Assembly: GCA_017609795.1 (NCBI GenBank)
Contig: JAFCDH010000001.1
Coordinates: 1 to 52,934 of the forward strand
Source: Candidatus Pacearchaeota archaeon
GTDB lineage: Archaea; Nanobdellota; Nanobdellia; Pacearchaeales; GW2011-AR1
DNA length: 52,934 nt
Direction of reading: 5' to 3'
Shown: piece by piece, positions 26,193 to 35,034 of the stretch
Numbering within the stretch: the stretch's first letter is position 1
Layout of the letters: each line of letters starts with the position of its first letter
Notes under the pieces: model-generated
The model's database searches: none
What the model was told of the DNA's origin: nothing
The model's input: the letters and a program-made list of their open reading frames with translations, nothing else
Position numbers and translations under genes: made by a program

Positions 26193-26683
26193 ATTATTAA
26201 AAGATTGTATTTATTTAACATATATATCATAAAAATTGAAAAAGCAACACCAATTATAACAATATTTATTAGTCCTCTTTTTCCTACATTTTCAAAACCA
26301 AGTATTTTATTTTTCTGAGCTAATTTATCTGCAAAATATAAAGAAGGAATACCAATAATTCCTATAGTAATTGGAGCAATCCTAAACCAAGAACTTACAA
26401 TTGGGAAAAAAGCAGAAGGAACAAATAAAGATGAAAAAGAAGCTAATACCATTACAATTCCTGCAAAAAAAGCAATTAACCCTATTTTTAAATAATTTTT
26501 ATTATCTCCATTACTTATAATTCTTAAATCAGACAAAAAAACAACTATTGATAGTGCTGCCAAGCTTTCGACTAAATGATTCCCAAGGATTAAATCTCCA
26601 TCAACAGGGATATTAAAAATCCTTACAGCTAAGTTCACTCCTATTAAAAGAGATACCGACATCCAAGTTCTATAGTAACCCAT
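26189..26683 (-). CDS. polytopic membrane protein
   Basis: Track ORF, 4-5 hydrophobic helices. Confidence 0.6.
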   Translation of the reverse strand: MGYYRTWMSVSLLIGVNLAVRIFNIPVDGDLILGNHLVESLAALSIVVFLSDLRIISNGDNKNYLKIGLIAFFAGIVMVLASFSSLFVPSAFFPIVSSWFRIAPITIGIIGIPSLYFADKLAQKNKILGFENVGKRGLINIVIIGVAFSIFMIYMLNKYNLLII

Positions 26684-26684
26684 C

Positions 26685-26972
26685 TTAAAATATTCTCCTA
26701 TTTTTAAAATTTAACATTCTATATATTTTTGTCAAGACATAAGTAATAATAATTCCTAAAGGAAGGAGGATTAATCCAAAACCAAGATAAGATAAATAAT
26801 CTCTTAACCAACCAGTAAAAGGAATTAAATTAAATACAAAATCATAAATTTGTTCATTATAATTAACAATAATAAATCCCCAGATAAAACTTCCAGTAAG
26901 CCATTCAAAAATTCCTTCTGTTGTATTATAGTGTGCAAAAAGATAATCCATTTTTTCTTTAAATAATCCCAT
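26685..26972 (-). CDS. small membrane protein
   Basis: Track ORF, 2 TM. Confidence 0.55.
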   Translation of the reverse strand: MGLFKEKMDYLFAHYNTTEGIFEWLTGSFIWGFIIVNYNEQIYDFVFNLIPFTGWLRDYLSYLGFGLILLPLGIIITYVLTKIYRMLNFKNRRIF

Positions 26973-27183
26973 TCTTTTTCCTCCAATAAAAATACCAAAT
27001 TAATAATATTATAATTGCTATCAATGAAAAATTCGCAATTGAAATTCCTATATAACTTAAAATCCCTCTTGTTGAATCTGGTTTAATAAAATTTAATATT
27101 GCTATAAGTACAACTAACCCCATAAAACCAGTTCTAACTTTGTTCTTGTTCCACTCATTTTTTATTTCATTTATTATTTTCAT
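26959..27183 (-). CDS. small membrane protein
   Basis: Track ORF, 2 TM. Confidence 0.55.
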   Translation of the reverse strand: MKIINEIKNEWNKNKVRTGFMGLVVLIAILNFIKPDSTRGILSYIGISIANFSLIAIIILLIWYFYWRKKNGII

Positions 27184-27653
27184 AGTTTTTCTTTTAAAAA
27201 TTTAGTTAAAAAGTATACAATAATTATTCCAACAAAAGAACTTAATAAAAGAGCCGACCCTGTTACTTGTGAATATCCAAAGAATTCAGAAAGGCTACTT
27301 ATAATTGGCTGGTTGTTTAAATGCAAAAGTGATTTAGGAATTTTGTTTCCTTGAAGCCAAAAATAAAGAACATCAGCTAATCCAGTCATCCATAAAATAT
27401 AACTTCCTAATCCTATTGAAACTGCTTCTGATTTATCTTTATAAAGTAGATAATAAACTAAAGAAACAACTGCTATAATTAAAAGAACGATATTTCTAAA
27501 CAAAAACCACCACCCTTCTGGAAAATCTCCGCTTGTATATTGTTCATAACTCCCAAAGATTTGACTTTTTAATGCAAAAATATCAATTAATGAAATTGCT
27601 AATACAACTAAGAAAGAGATTAATATAATTTTTGTTAGTTTTTGCATTTTCAT
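27180..27653 (-). CDS. polytopic membrane protein
   Basis: Track ORF, 4 TM. Confidence 0.6.
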   Translation of the reverse strand: MKMQKLTKIILISFLVVLAISLIDIFALKSQIFGSYEQYTSGDFPEGWWFLFRNIVLLIIAVVSLVYYLLYKDKSEAVSIGLGSYILWMTGLADVLYFWLQGNKIPKSLLHLNNQPIISSLSEFFGYSQVTGSALLLSSFVGIIIVYFLTKFLKEKL

Positions 27654-27672
27654 TTTTCATTTTATTAAGGAA

Positions 27673-27924
27673 TTATAATCCCACATATTTTAATCCTAAA
27701 AAGATTAATACTGTTATTATGATATGTTTTAATGTAAAAGCTTCTCCTCTTCCTGCAATAAACTTAGCTACCCATCCTGCCAACAGAAAAACTAAAATCA
27801 TATGAACATTTACTACTTCAACATCTATATAGCTTGCTATCTTTTCTGCTATCCAATTAATTCCTGGACTAATCTTTTCTGTAATGCCCCTAGCTAAGCT
27901 TAGGGCTTCTTGGAGCAATTCCAT
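27673..27924 (-). CDS. small membrane protein
   Basis: Track ORF, 2 TM. Confidence 0.55.
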   Translation of the reverse strand: MELLQEALSLARGITEKISPGINWIAEKIASYIDVEVVNVHMILVFLLAGWVAKFIAGRGEAFTLKHIIITVLIFLGLKYVGL

Positions 27925-27933
27925 ATTGATTTA

Positions 27934-28122
27934 TTATAATACTTTCCAGAGTAAGTAAACTACAAACACATTAGCTATTCCAACAAGAGTCTTCAATTGA
28001 AATCCCATCAATTCATAGTCTAAATCAACTCCTAAAACTGATGATAAAATTCCCAATAAAAGCCCTGCTGTTACTAAAGCTGTAATCAAACTTATCCATC
28101 TAGCTATTTTCCAACTAAACAT
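27934..28122 (-). CDS. small membrane protein
   Basis: Track ORF, 2 TM. Confidence 0.5.
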   Translation of the reverse strand: MFSWKIARWISLITALVTAGLLLGILSSVLGVDLDYELMGFQLKTLVGIANVFVVYLLWKVL

Positions 28123-28130
28123 TTTTCCTC

Positions 28131-28832
28131 CTATTGTGGTACGGCTGTCTCTATTAAAACACTGAATGCCCCTGTTGGGTCTGCACTAAACTTCAAAGAT
28201 ATACTGTCTGAACTGTCTGCTCCTGAACCATCATAAGAATTTGTCCCATGAATATTAACTGAAAAAGTCTGTGTTGTTCCTATCCATCCAAGAGTTTCAA
28301 AATTCATAACACTTGACATCCAAGAAACTGTTGCTCCACCTAGTAGTTCCTTCTTGTTAGCTGTTCCTGTTGGTAATGCATCTGAAAATCCTACTGGGCT
28401 TGCTGTACTTATATAAACATCATTAAAATCAAATGATGCTCCATTAGTTACTTTGACTCCTACATCCATAGCTACTACATTTGCTAAAACACAAGAGTTT
28501 TCCCAACAAAGAATATTTGGATTTCCTGCATACCCTTCACAATCAGATGTTTCTGTACAAGTTGGTGCTGGAGGATGTTCCACAATAGCACCTATGACTC
28601 CTGTTGCTGATGCAATTTTAAACCAATCTGGGATTGTTACTGGATTTCCGTCTTTGTCATAGAAATTTACTTCCATTCCCTGTCCTTCTTCGTTTTTACT
28701 TATATCCACTGGTTCTGCATGTTCTTTCAAGGTTTTTGTACCTGTTCCATATCCGTAGTAAACAAATAATAGCATTAAAACTGCTATTATTCCCAATACT
28801 ATCAATATGTTTGTTTTTGCTTTTTTATACAT
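28131..28832 (-). CDS. secreted/anchored protein (paralogous domain to 24882..26192)
   Basis: Signal anchor; VNFYDKDGNPV; preceded by the TTAATTAAATAAATGAAA box. Confidence 0.65.
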   Translation of the reverse strand: MYKKAKTNILIVLGIIAVLMLLFVYYGYGTGTKTLKEHAEPVDISKNEEGQGMEVNFYDKDGNPVTIPDWFKIASATGVIGAIVEHPPAPTCTETSDCEGYAGNPNILCWENSCVLANVVAMDVGVKVTNGASFDFNDVYISTASPVGFSDALPTGTANKKELLGGATVSWMSSVMNFETLGWIGTTQTFSVNIHGTNSYDGSGADSSDSISLKFSADPTGAFSVLIETAVPQ

Positions 28833-28854
28833 TTTTTTGTTTTCATTTATTTAA

Positions 28855-29166
28855 TTAAGGTGAAATTGATGAAAAGATTTGAGGTATTAAATCTGGTAAA
28901 TAATAAAATAATCCAATTATTGCACCAGCTTCTATAATAATAAATATAATGTCTTTAGTATTCAAACTTCCAATTCTTTTACCTAAAGTATAAAGACTAA
29001 TTATTGCAACAACAACTAATACTAAAAGAAAAGTCCATCCTAATTTTAATGGAGTTGAATCTACAAATTCTGAATATATATAACTTCCTGCTTGCAGGGC
29101 TACAAAAATTATTAAAAGGGTGATGAATAATTTGTTAACGTCTAGTCCCCCTGCTTTTAATGCCAT
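28855..29166 (-). CDS. small polytopic membrane protein
   Basis: Track ORF, 3 TM. Confidence 0.55.
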   Translation of the reverse strand: MALKAGGLDVNKLFITLLIIFVALQAGSYIYSEFVDSTPLKLGWTFLLVLVVVAIISLYTLGKRIGSLNTKDIIFIIIEAGAIIGLFYYLPDLIPQIFSSISP

Positions 29167-29966
29167 TTTATAAACTCCTTAATTTTATTTACTACTTGAG
29201 GTGTATTTTTTAATTCGTGTTCCCAAATAACTAAAGTTTTATATCCATATTTAGAATAAGTTGCTAATCTTTCTTTGTCTTTCTTTTGGGTATTTCTATG
29301 CCAATAATCTCCAAACAATTCTATTATATATTTTGGGTTTTTTGATAGGAAGTCTGGATTGAAGCTCATTGTTTTCCCCCTAAACCAAATGTTTCCACTA
29401 CCAACATAATTGAAAGGAAGATTATTTTTTTGTATTAAATCAATCATATTTTTTTCTGGCTTGTTTGGTCTTATTTTTGCTCCTCTTTTTTGAGCTTTTA
29501 ATTGTCTTTCTCTATATTCATTATCTTGCCAAAGTTTTTTTTGAGCTAATCTATTTTTTTCGTTGCTTTCTTCTAATCTTTTTATTCCTTTGGTTGGAGA
29601 AATATTCTCTTTATTAAAATATTTAGCACCCTTCATTTTAATATTATGTTTTTTGAAAATATCATAAATAACAGAAAAATCACAACCAAACCTCTTAGCT
29701 ATCTTTGTCCCAGAAATGTCTTTATTTAAATACATCTTAACAATTTCTTTTTCAGGCAAATTAAGTTTGTTTGTTGGGGATTTGTTTTTCATATAAAATT
29801 TTTGTGGTATAATCTTTATATTATTCTCTTTAAGAATTCTTTTTATTACTGATTCATCACAATTCATTGATTTAGAAATATTTTTCATAGTAAAGTTCTT
29901 ACTATATAAACTTATAATTTCATCCTTTCTTTTATCTATATCCTTTCTCCTATTCCAAGATTTCAT
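29157..29966 (-). CDS. homing-type endonuclease: two NUMOD1-like HTH repeats + Vsr/DUF559-like PD-(D/E)xK domain
   Basis: IISLYSKNFTMKNISKSMNCDESVI and IVKMYLNKDISGTKIAKRFGCDFSVI; LPFNYVG..NPDF..IIELFGDYWH..TLVIWEHE. Confidence 0.7.
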   Translation of the reverse strand: MKSWNRRKDIDKRKDEIISLYSKNFTMKNISKSMNCDESVIKRILKENNIKIIPQKFYMKNKSPTNKLNLPEKEIVKMYLNKDISGTKIAKRFGCDFSVIYDIFKKHNIKMKGAKYFNKENISPTKGIKRLEESNEKNRLAQKKLWQDNEYRERQLKAQKRGAKIRPNKPEKNMIDLIQKNNLPFNYVGSGNIWFRGKTMSFNPDFLSKNPKYIIELFGDYWHRNTQKKDKERLATYSKYGYKTLVIWEHELKNTPQVVNKIKEFIKWH

Positions 29967-29970
29967 TTTA

Positions 29971-30189
29971 TTAGTATTTATCTACAGCATATCCTATAGC
30001 AATTCCAATCCCAATTATAATTAGGGGGATACTCCAATCTCCAGCAAAAGTTGTCCAAGCATCAGGTATAACTTGAATTATCCAGTTATAAACCTTATCT
30101 CCCCAAACAACAAATGCTCCCATGATTCCACCTAAAACTGTTCCATTTTTTGCTGTATCTTTTATGCTACTTTTCCAAAAACTTCCCAT
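29971..30189 (-). CDS. small membrane protein
   Basis: Track ORF. Confidence 0.5.
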   Translation of the reverse strand: MGSFWKSSIKDTAKNGTVLGGIMGAFVVWGDKVYNWIIQVIPDAWTTFAGDWSIPLIIIGIGIAIGYAVDKY

Positions 30190-30221
30190 TTTATTTTTTA
30201 TATTTTATTTATTTAATGATT

Positions 30222-30440
30222 TTATTTTTTACCCCACCTTCTAAATATAAATATAACTAATAATACCACCCAAGCCCAACCAGGGATTTTAGCTATCACA
30301 CTTGTTATTTTTAATATTGATGAGATTCCTCCACCACCTAAAAAAATTATTAAAACTACTCCTAAAAATAAAGCTAAAACTAATCCTGCACTTACATTAA
30401 ATCCTGCTTTTGGTTGTGCTTGTGCTTTTTTATTTATCAT
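30222..30440 (-). CDS. small membrane protein
   Basis: Track ORF, 2 TM. Confidence 0.5.
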   Translation of the reverse strand: MINKKAQAQPKAGFNVSAGLVLALFLGVVLIIFLGGGGISSILKITSVIAKIPGWAWVVLLVIFIFRRWGKK

Positions 30441-32227
30441 CTTTTTAATACCAATATTAATAATAATGCTCCTCCAATTATAACAATAATTAAACCATCA
30501 GTTCCATCTTTAATTCCATCACCTGTAACATCAAAAAATGCTGCCCATTCAAAGATTTCTAAACCTACTCCTTCTTTAATACAATATCCTGCTTTTGATA
30601 AATCTTTATCTCCAAAACTTTCAAAAATATCATTGATTCCTAATCCAAGAGCCCCTCCTGCTAAAGCACATAAAGGAAATAATATTGGTGCAGCAGGTAG
30701 TAAAACAAGTGATGCTGCTCCACAAGCAGCAATCCCTCCTATTGCTCCAGCAGATGTAAAAAAGATAGCAGACCTATCTATTATACTTTCTGCTTCCTCA
30801 TCAGTCAAAGAACCACTATCCACTAAAAATTGTAAAGATTGACATTCACTTTCTTCTTCACATTGAATTGTTTTTGTACAAGCAGAAGCTGCCAAATCTT
30901 CAGCAGTCATTTTTTTAATTTTTGAAGCAGAAATTCCTTTTTGATTTCCTCTTGAAGTATCGCTTGGTGAACAATATCCTTCCAAACACTGAAGTCCAGA
31001 TTGGCAATCAGTAGTTCTTTCACATGTCCATCCATTTCTACATTTATCACATTCAGAACCACCACAATCAGTATCAGTTTCTTCTCCATCCCTAATTCCA
31101 TTAGTACAACTTCCTACACAATCTATCCTAGGGGTAAAAGCAACATTAAATCTGTCTGAAGAGGTTACTCCAGTAGCTAATCCTGTATTAAAACAATTAA
31201 CAAAAGCAACTACTAATAAATCAAAAGTTCCTATTGGTTCTATTCCTTTTCTACAAACTTTTGGAGTAATTATTGTAAATGTTTCAGTTATTTCTTCCCC
31301 TGCATTTAATTCTATTAATTTAGTATCAACATTTTTTTCATTTGGTTCACAATTTATAGCATCTTGAATAACTACAAAACCCCAACTAGTAATATCTTCA
31401 TCTTTATATAATCCAACTTCAACTTTCATTGAACCTTTCTCACCATTATTTTTTATCTTTACATTTATATTTACATTTTGTTCAGAACTAAAAACAATAG
31501 GAGTTGCAGAAATTATATCTACTTGAAAATCAGCATCTCCAGTAACACCATCCCCATTTCCATCATCATCATCTAAGACACACTCAACTGCATCATCTTC
31601 ATCCTCATAACATTGTCTTGAATCATGACCTGGATGATACCACATTTTTCTGTCAGGGTCATTACACCAATAATTACTTCCATAATCTACATCTTGCCAA
31701 AATTCCCATCCAGTTTCTTCACACCTATAAACATCTGTTTCCCAATCTGGCTCTTCATAATAACAAGAACCATAAGCAATATTACAAATATCTCCGTATG
31801 GGTCATCACAATCAGAATTAGAATCACAAGAAGGATAAGGGCAACAATAAAATTCTATCCAAGTATTTTCATCAAATTTTAATCCATCCCATTCTGTAAA
31901 ATCATCTTCATATTCTCTATAAAAAAAATCATCATAATAAGTATTAATCAAGGCAGAATCTGAACACCCCCCATCACGATAATCATAACTATCCCATTGT
32001 TCTCCAATAGAGTGAGATATTATCTTATTAGGATAAACAGAACAATCTCTTGCTTGCCCTACTGAGGTAAATAATAAATTACTAATTTTATATTTTAAAT
32101 TACTTAAAAATAAATCAAAAGCACTTATTTTTGTTTCTTTTTCAGTTTGAGCATTTACAAATACTAACATAAGCATAACTAAGATTATTCCTACGCTTAT
32201 TAAGCATATCTGTTTTTTATATTTCAT
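30437..32227 (-). CDS. secreted Cys-rich acidic protein with CARDB-like module and C-terminal membrane region
   Basis: Track ORF extends to 32278 through a repeat array; ATG at 32227 gives signal peptide MKYKKQICLISVGIILVMLMLVFVNA; NVNINVKIKNNGEKGSMKVEVGLY; CTNGIRDGEETDTDCGGSECDKC. Confidence 0.7.
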   Translation of the reverse strand: MKYKKQICLISVGIILVMLMLVFVNAQTEKETKISAFDLFLSNLKYKISNLLFTSVGQARDCSVYPNKIISHSIGEQWDSYDYRDGGCSDSALINTYYDDFFYREYEDDFTEWDGLKFDENTWIEFYCCPYPSCDSNSDCDDPYGDICNIAYGSCYYEEPDWETDVYRCEETGWEFWQDVDYGSNYWCNDPDRKMWYHPGHDSRQCYEDEDDAVECVLDDDDGNGDGVTGDADFQVDIISATPIVFSSEQNVNINVKIKNNGEKGSMKVEVGLYKDEDITSWGFVVIQDAINCEPNEKNVDTKLIELNAGEEITETFTIITPKVCRKGIEPIGTFDLLVVAFVNCFNTGLATGVTSSDRFNVAFTPRIDCVGSCTNGIRDGEETDTDCGGSECDKCRNGWTCERTTDCQSGLQCLEGYCSPSDTSRGNQKGISASKIKKMTAEDLAASACTKTIQCEEESECQSLQFLVDSGSLTDEEAESIIDRSAIFFTSAGAIGGIAACGAASLVLLPAAPILFPLCALAGGALGLGINDIFESFGDKDLSKAGYCIKEGVGLEIFEWAAFFDVTGDGIKDGTDGLIIVIIGGALLLILVLKR

Positions 32228-32237
32228 TCTAACCTTC

Positions 32238-32335
32238 AAAAGACAAGCTAACATTAAAGGCAAGCCTAAATAAGGCAAGCTATCTAAAAGACAAGCTAAA
32301 CCTAAAAGGCAAAGCTACCTAAAAAGATTGGCTCG
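32238..32335 (-). repeat. six imperfect direct repeats (unit AAARRCAAGCTA on + strand, 14-18 nt period), intergenic
   Basis: Units at 32238, 32256, 32272, 32286, 32304, 32321, between stop 32338 and ATG 32227. Confidence 0.7.
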
Positions 32336-32337
32336 CC

Positions 32338-32793
32338 TTATATTAACTTAATTTTAAGTTGTTTTACTAAGCCGAAACTAAGAGCAACTGCTGCATAATA
32401 AACTGCTAATCCTACTAAAGTTCCCATACCTGGAAGCTTAAATCCTACTAATAATAAGTAGAAGGGTACAGTTCCATATAACAATGTTAATGCTAATCTA
32501 GACCACTCTGTTTTTCCACTAGGAAGCATTTTTACTTTATCTTTTATAAATGCTCCAACATAAATTATTAATGTTGCACTAATAAACAAGTAAACTATAG
32601 ATTCAAAAGTTACTAAATTCTGTAAAATACTAACAACCTTGTTTCCAATAGTTGTTGTTATACCTGTTGTTGCTGTAATTCCAAATATCTGCTTTACTGA
32701 TACATTAGCAAGGCTAAGTATCCAATTCAAGATTAACACAGTTAAGGTTATCCATGCTCCAGTTTTTACGGCTTTCATTATATCGCCTTTCAT
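32338..32793 (-). CDS. polytopic membrane protein
   Basis: Track ORF, 4 TM; promoter-like box upstream. Confidence 0.6.
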   Translation of the reverse strand: MKGDIMKAVKTGAWITLTVLILNWILSLANVSVKQIFGITATTGITTTIGNKVVSILQNLVTFESIVYLFISATLIIYVGAFIKDKVKMLPSGKTEWSRLALTLLYGTVPFYLLLVGFKLPGMGTLVGLAVYYAAVALSFGLVKQLKIKLI

Positions 32794-32872
32794 CTTAAAG
32801 ATTTTATTTATTTAATTAATATGAATTTAATTAAGATTAAGGAAGACTTCTTAAAAAATAAATTTAGTCTCC

Positions 32873-33691
32873 CTATTTCTTAAATCCTGATAAGATATTT
32901 TCAATTGCCCTTCCAATCCCTGAAAAGATATTTTTGATTATATCAAAAATTTCTCCGATAAATGGAATCTTTGTTACTGCTTTCTCTTCATATTTCACTA
33001 AAGGTCCTGAAGTTTTAACATCAAAAGTCACTGATGTTGAATTTCCATTCACTGCAGTTCTATCTGCTGCCGAACAACTTAAAGTATATGTTCCAGTAAT
33101 TGCTGTCTCATCAAAAAAGGCGTCATCTGCTGATGTACTAACACTATACACAGTTCCTCGTGGGTCTGTAATATTACAAACCTCAGTTCCATCTAAACCA
33201 GAGGTTGCATCACTCATAGCTGTTGAATACTTTAAGATTCTATGTAAGGTAATTTCACTATAGTCTACAGAGATATCTATTGTTGGCGCACGGTTATCAA
33301 TCCCAACTTTTGTAACAGTAAATGTTTTATTGTAAGTAGAACCATCTTCTCCAATTGACGCATTTCGCATATAACAAGTTATATTATAAAGCAATCCATC
33401 TGCAATAGCACTTATAGTAGCTGAACCAGTGAAAAGTCTTTGATAAGCAGTAGTATTTTCTATCTCTAAAAGCCATGTAGTAGCAGATGTAATACCATAA
33501 TAACAAGTAACATTTGACATATTATGAGAATTATGTCCATCATAATTAACAGTCACTGTAATTGTTGAAGTATAATTTACACCATCTATTGGAGATGACA
33601 TATTATTTTCTGCCGCAGCTGCACTAACTAAAACCAAAGTCATTACTGTAAACAATATCGCAATAGGCAATATCAATTTTTGTTTTTTCAT
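32873..33691 (-). CDS. secreted Ig-like repeat glycoprotein
   Basis: Signal peptide; DNRAPTIDIS module boundary like those in the 1269-aa protein; NxS/T sequons. Confidence 0.65.
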   Translation of the reverse strand: MKKQKLILPIAILFTVMTLVLVSAAAAENNMSSPIDGVNYTSTITVTVNYDGHNSHNMSNVTCYYGITSATTWLLEIENTTAYQRLFTGSATISAIADGLLYNITCYMRNASIGEDGSTYNKTFTVTKVGIDNRAPTIDISVDYSEITLHRILKYSTAMSDATSGLDGTEVCNITDPRGTVYSVSTSADDAFFDETAITGTYTLSCSAADRTAVNGNSTSVTFDVKTSGPLVKYEEKAVTKIPFIGEIFDIIKNIFSGIGRAIENILSGFKK

Positions 33692-33721
33692 TTTTTATTT
33701 CATTTATTTAATTAATATAAT

Positions 33722-33910
33722 TTATAATTGACGACCTGAAATTACATCAAAGTAAGCTATAATAAGCAAAATTATTCCAAAAGGGAGTGGATATTTAGAT
33801 ATTATGTCAGTTATAGCATCAATTCCAATAACCAATCCTAATCCAGCTATTCCTATTATTACTCCTAAAACTTTTTTCAAGGTTCGTGCAGTTCCTTTTT
33901 TTGGTAACAT
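33722..33910 (-). CDS. small membrane protein
   Basis: Track ORF, 2 TM. Confidence 0.5.
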   Translation of the reverse strand: MLPKKGTARTLKKVLGVIIGIAGLGLVIGIDAITDIISKYPLPFGIILLIIAYFDVISGRQL

Positions 33911-33911
33911 T

Positions 33912-34082
33912 TTATTTTTTTGGCTTCTTCCTATTATATTTTTCTACCCATTTATGATTTTTTTTCCTATATCCTGTTACTTCCACAACCTTATTATTAA
34001 CAAAGGCTAGTCTCTGTCTTTTTCCTGGGGATATTTTTTTATATCTATATCTTATTTTTTTCCTTGGATATGGAAGAGGCAT
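33912..34082 (-). CDS. very basic 56-aa ORF
   Basis: Hand-translated MPLPYPRKKIRYRYKKISPGKRQRLAFVNNKVVEVTGYRKKNHKWVEKYNRKKPKK; purine-rich leader. Confidence 0.35.
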   Translation of the reverse strand: MPLPYPRKKIRYRYKKISPGKRQRLAFVNNKVVEVTGYRKKNHKWVEKYNRKKPKK

Positions 34083-34138
34083 TTTACTACTTTTTCTTTT
34101 TTTTCTTTTTTCCTTTTCTTTTTTCTAGTCTTATCATT

Positions 34139-34921
34139 CTAAATTCTTTGTTTATTTAATTGAATATTTAATCTTGGAATTATCAAAATAGCAAGGGGGA
34201 TAATTATTAATGGGGCAACCATTAATGATACAATTCCAGTTAATGCCCCGAATAATCCAATTCCTGCGGCATTAGCAATTATATGAAAGAAAACTACTTG
34301 TTTTGCCTCACCAAACCACATTGCAAATCCTAAAGTAAAAACCATCATAAGGAATACAACTAATAATGCAATATTATTTGTAATACCTTTAGCAGTAACA
34401 TGATACATTAAAAATCCAAAAGCTAAAGGAAGGATTAAAACAAACCATGTTTTAACACTTTTTAATCCTGATTTTGAAATATTAATATTAAATGCAGAAG
34501 CTAAAAAATCCATTGAAATAATAAAAAACATAGTCTCAGCAAAAGGAACAAATAAAACAAAAGTAAGAGTATTTAAAATCACAGACTCTGCCAATGCAGG
34601 AGTTGTGGTTCCTATTAATTGAATCAACTGTCCAATATCAATTTTAGCAAAAAGAGGTGCTAAAACAGAAGCAAAAACAACAAAAACAACATAAATTAGA
34701 ATTCCCTTAACAAAACCAATCCCCCATTTTCCATCTTTACTTAATGGAATTGTTTTAACTTTATCCCAACCATAAATAATCATACTAACAATAGAAAAAA
34801 CTGCTAAGTAAATTACTCCAAGAATTGTATTTACATTAACTGCAATAAACCCAAACCAGAGGGCTACAAACCAAAACATTGTTAATATGAATGGTATTTT
34901 TTCTTTTTCTAATCTTGCCAT
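34139..34921 (-). CDS. polytopic membrane protein, divergent CPBP (CAAX/Abi-type) intramembrane protease-like
   Basis: PFAETMFF (degenerate EExxxR), FLMYH (FxxxH), FFHIIAN (HxxxN), in that order on separate helices. Confidence 0.45.
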   Translation of the reverse strand: MARLEKEKIPFILTMFWFVALWFGFIAVNVNTILGVIYLAVFSIVSMIIYGWDKVKTIPLSKDGKWGIGFVKGILIYVVFVVFASVLAPLFAKIDIGQLIQLIGTTTPALAESVILNTLTFVLFVPFAETMFFIISMDFLASAFNINISKSGLKSVKTWFVLILPLAFGFLMYHVTAKGITNNIALLVVFLMMVFTLGFAMWFGEAKQVVFFHIIANAAGIGLFGALTGIVSLMVAPLIIIPLAILIIPRLNIQLNKQRI

Positions 34922-34981
34922 TATTTTTTGTTATCATTTTATAAAAATCGGGGAAAAGAGAAAAAATAATTATTCCCCCTC

Positions 34982-35009
34982 CTCGCTACTGATTTAAAGA
35001 GTGAGCGAG
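34982..35009 (-). terminator. hairpin + T-run after the 315-aa gene
   Basis: CTCGCT(34982-34987)/AGCGAG(35004-35009); on the - strand it is followed by TTATTTTTTCTCTTTT. Confidence 0.45.
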
Positions 35010-35034
35010 TCTAACTCCATATATTTAGCAAATC

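Noticed and set aside
32228-32278. N-terminal extension MPYLGLPLMLACLLKVR of the Cys-rich protein
   Set aside because: It is encoded by the intergenic repeat array. The internal ATG at 32227 yields a canonical signal peptide.
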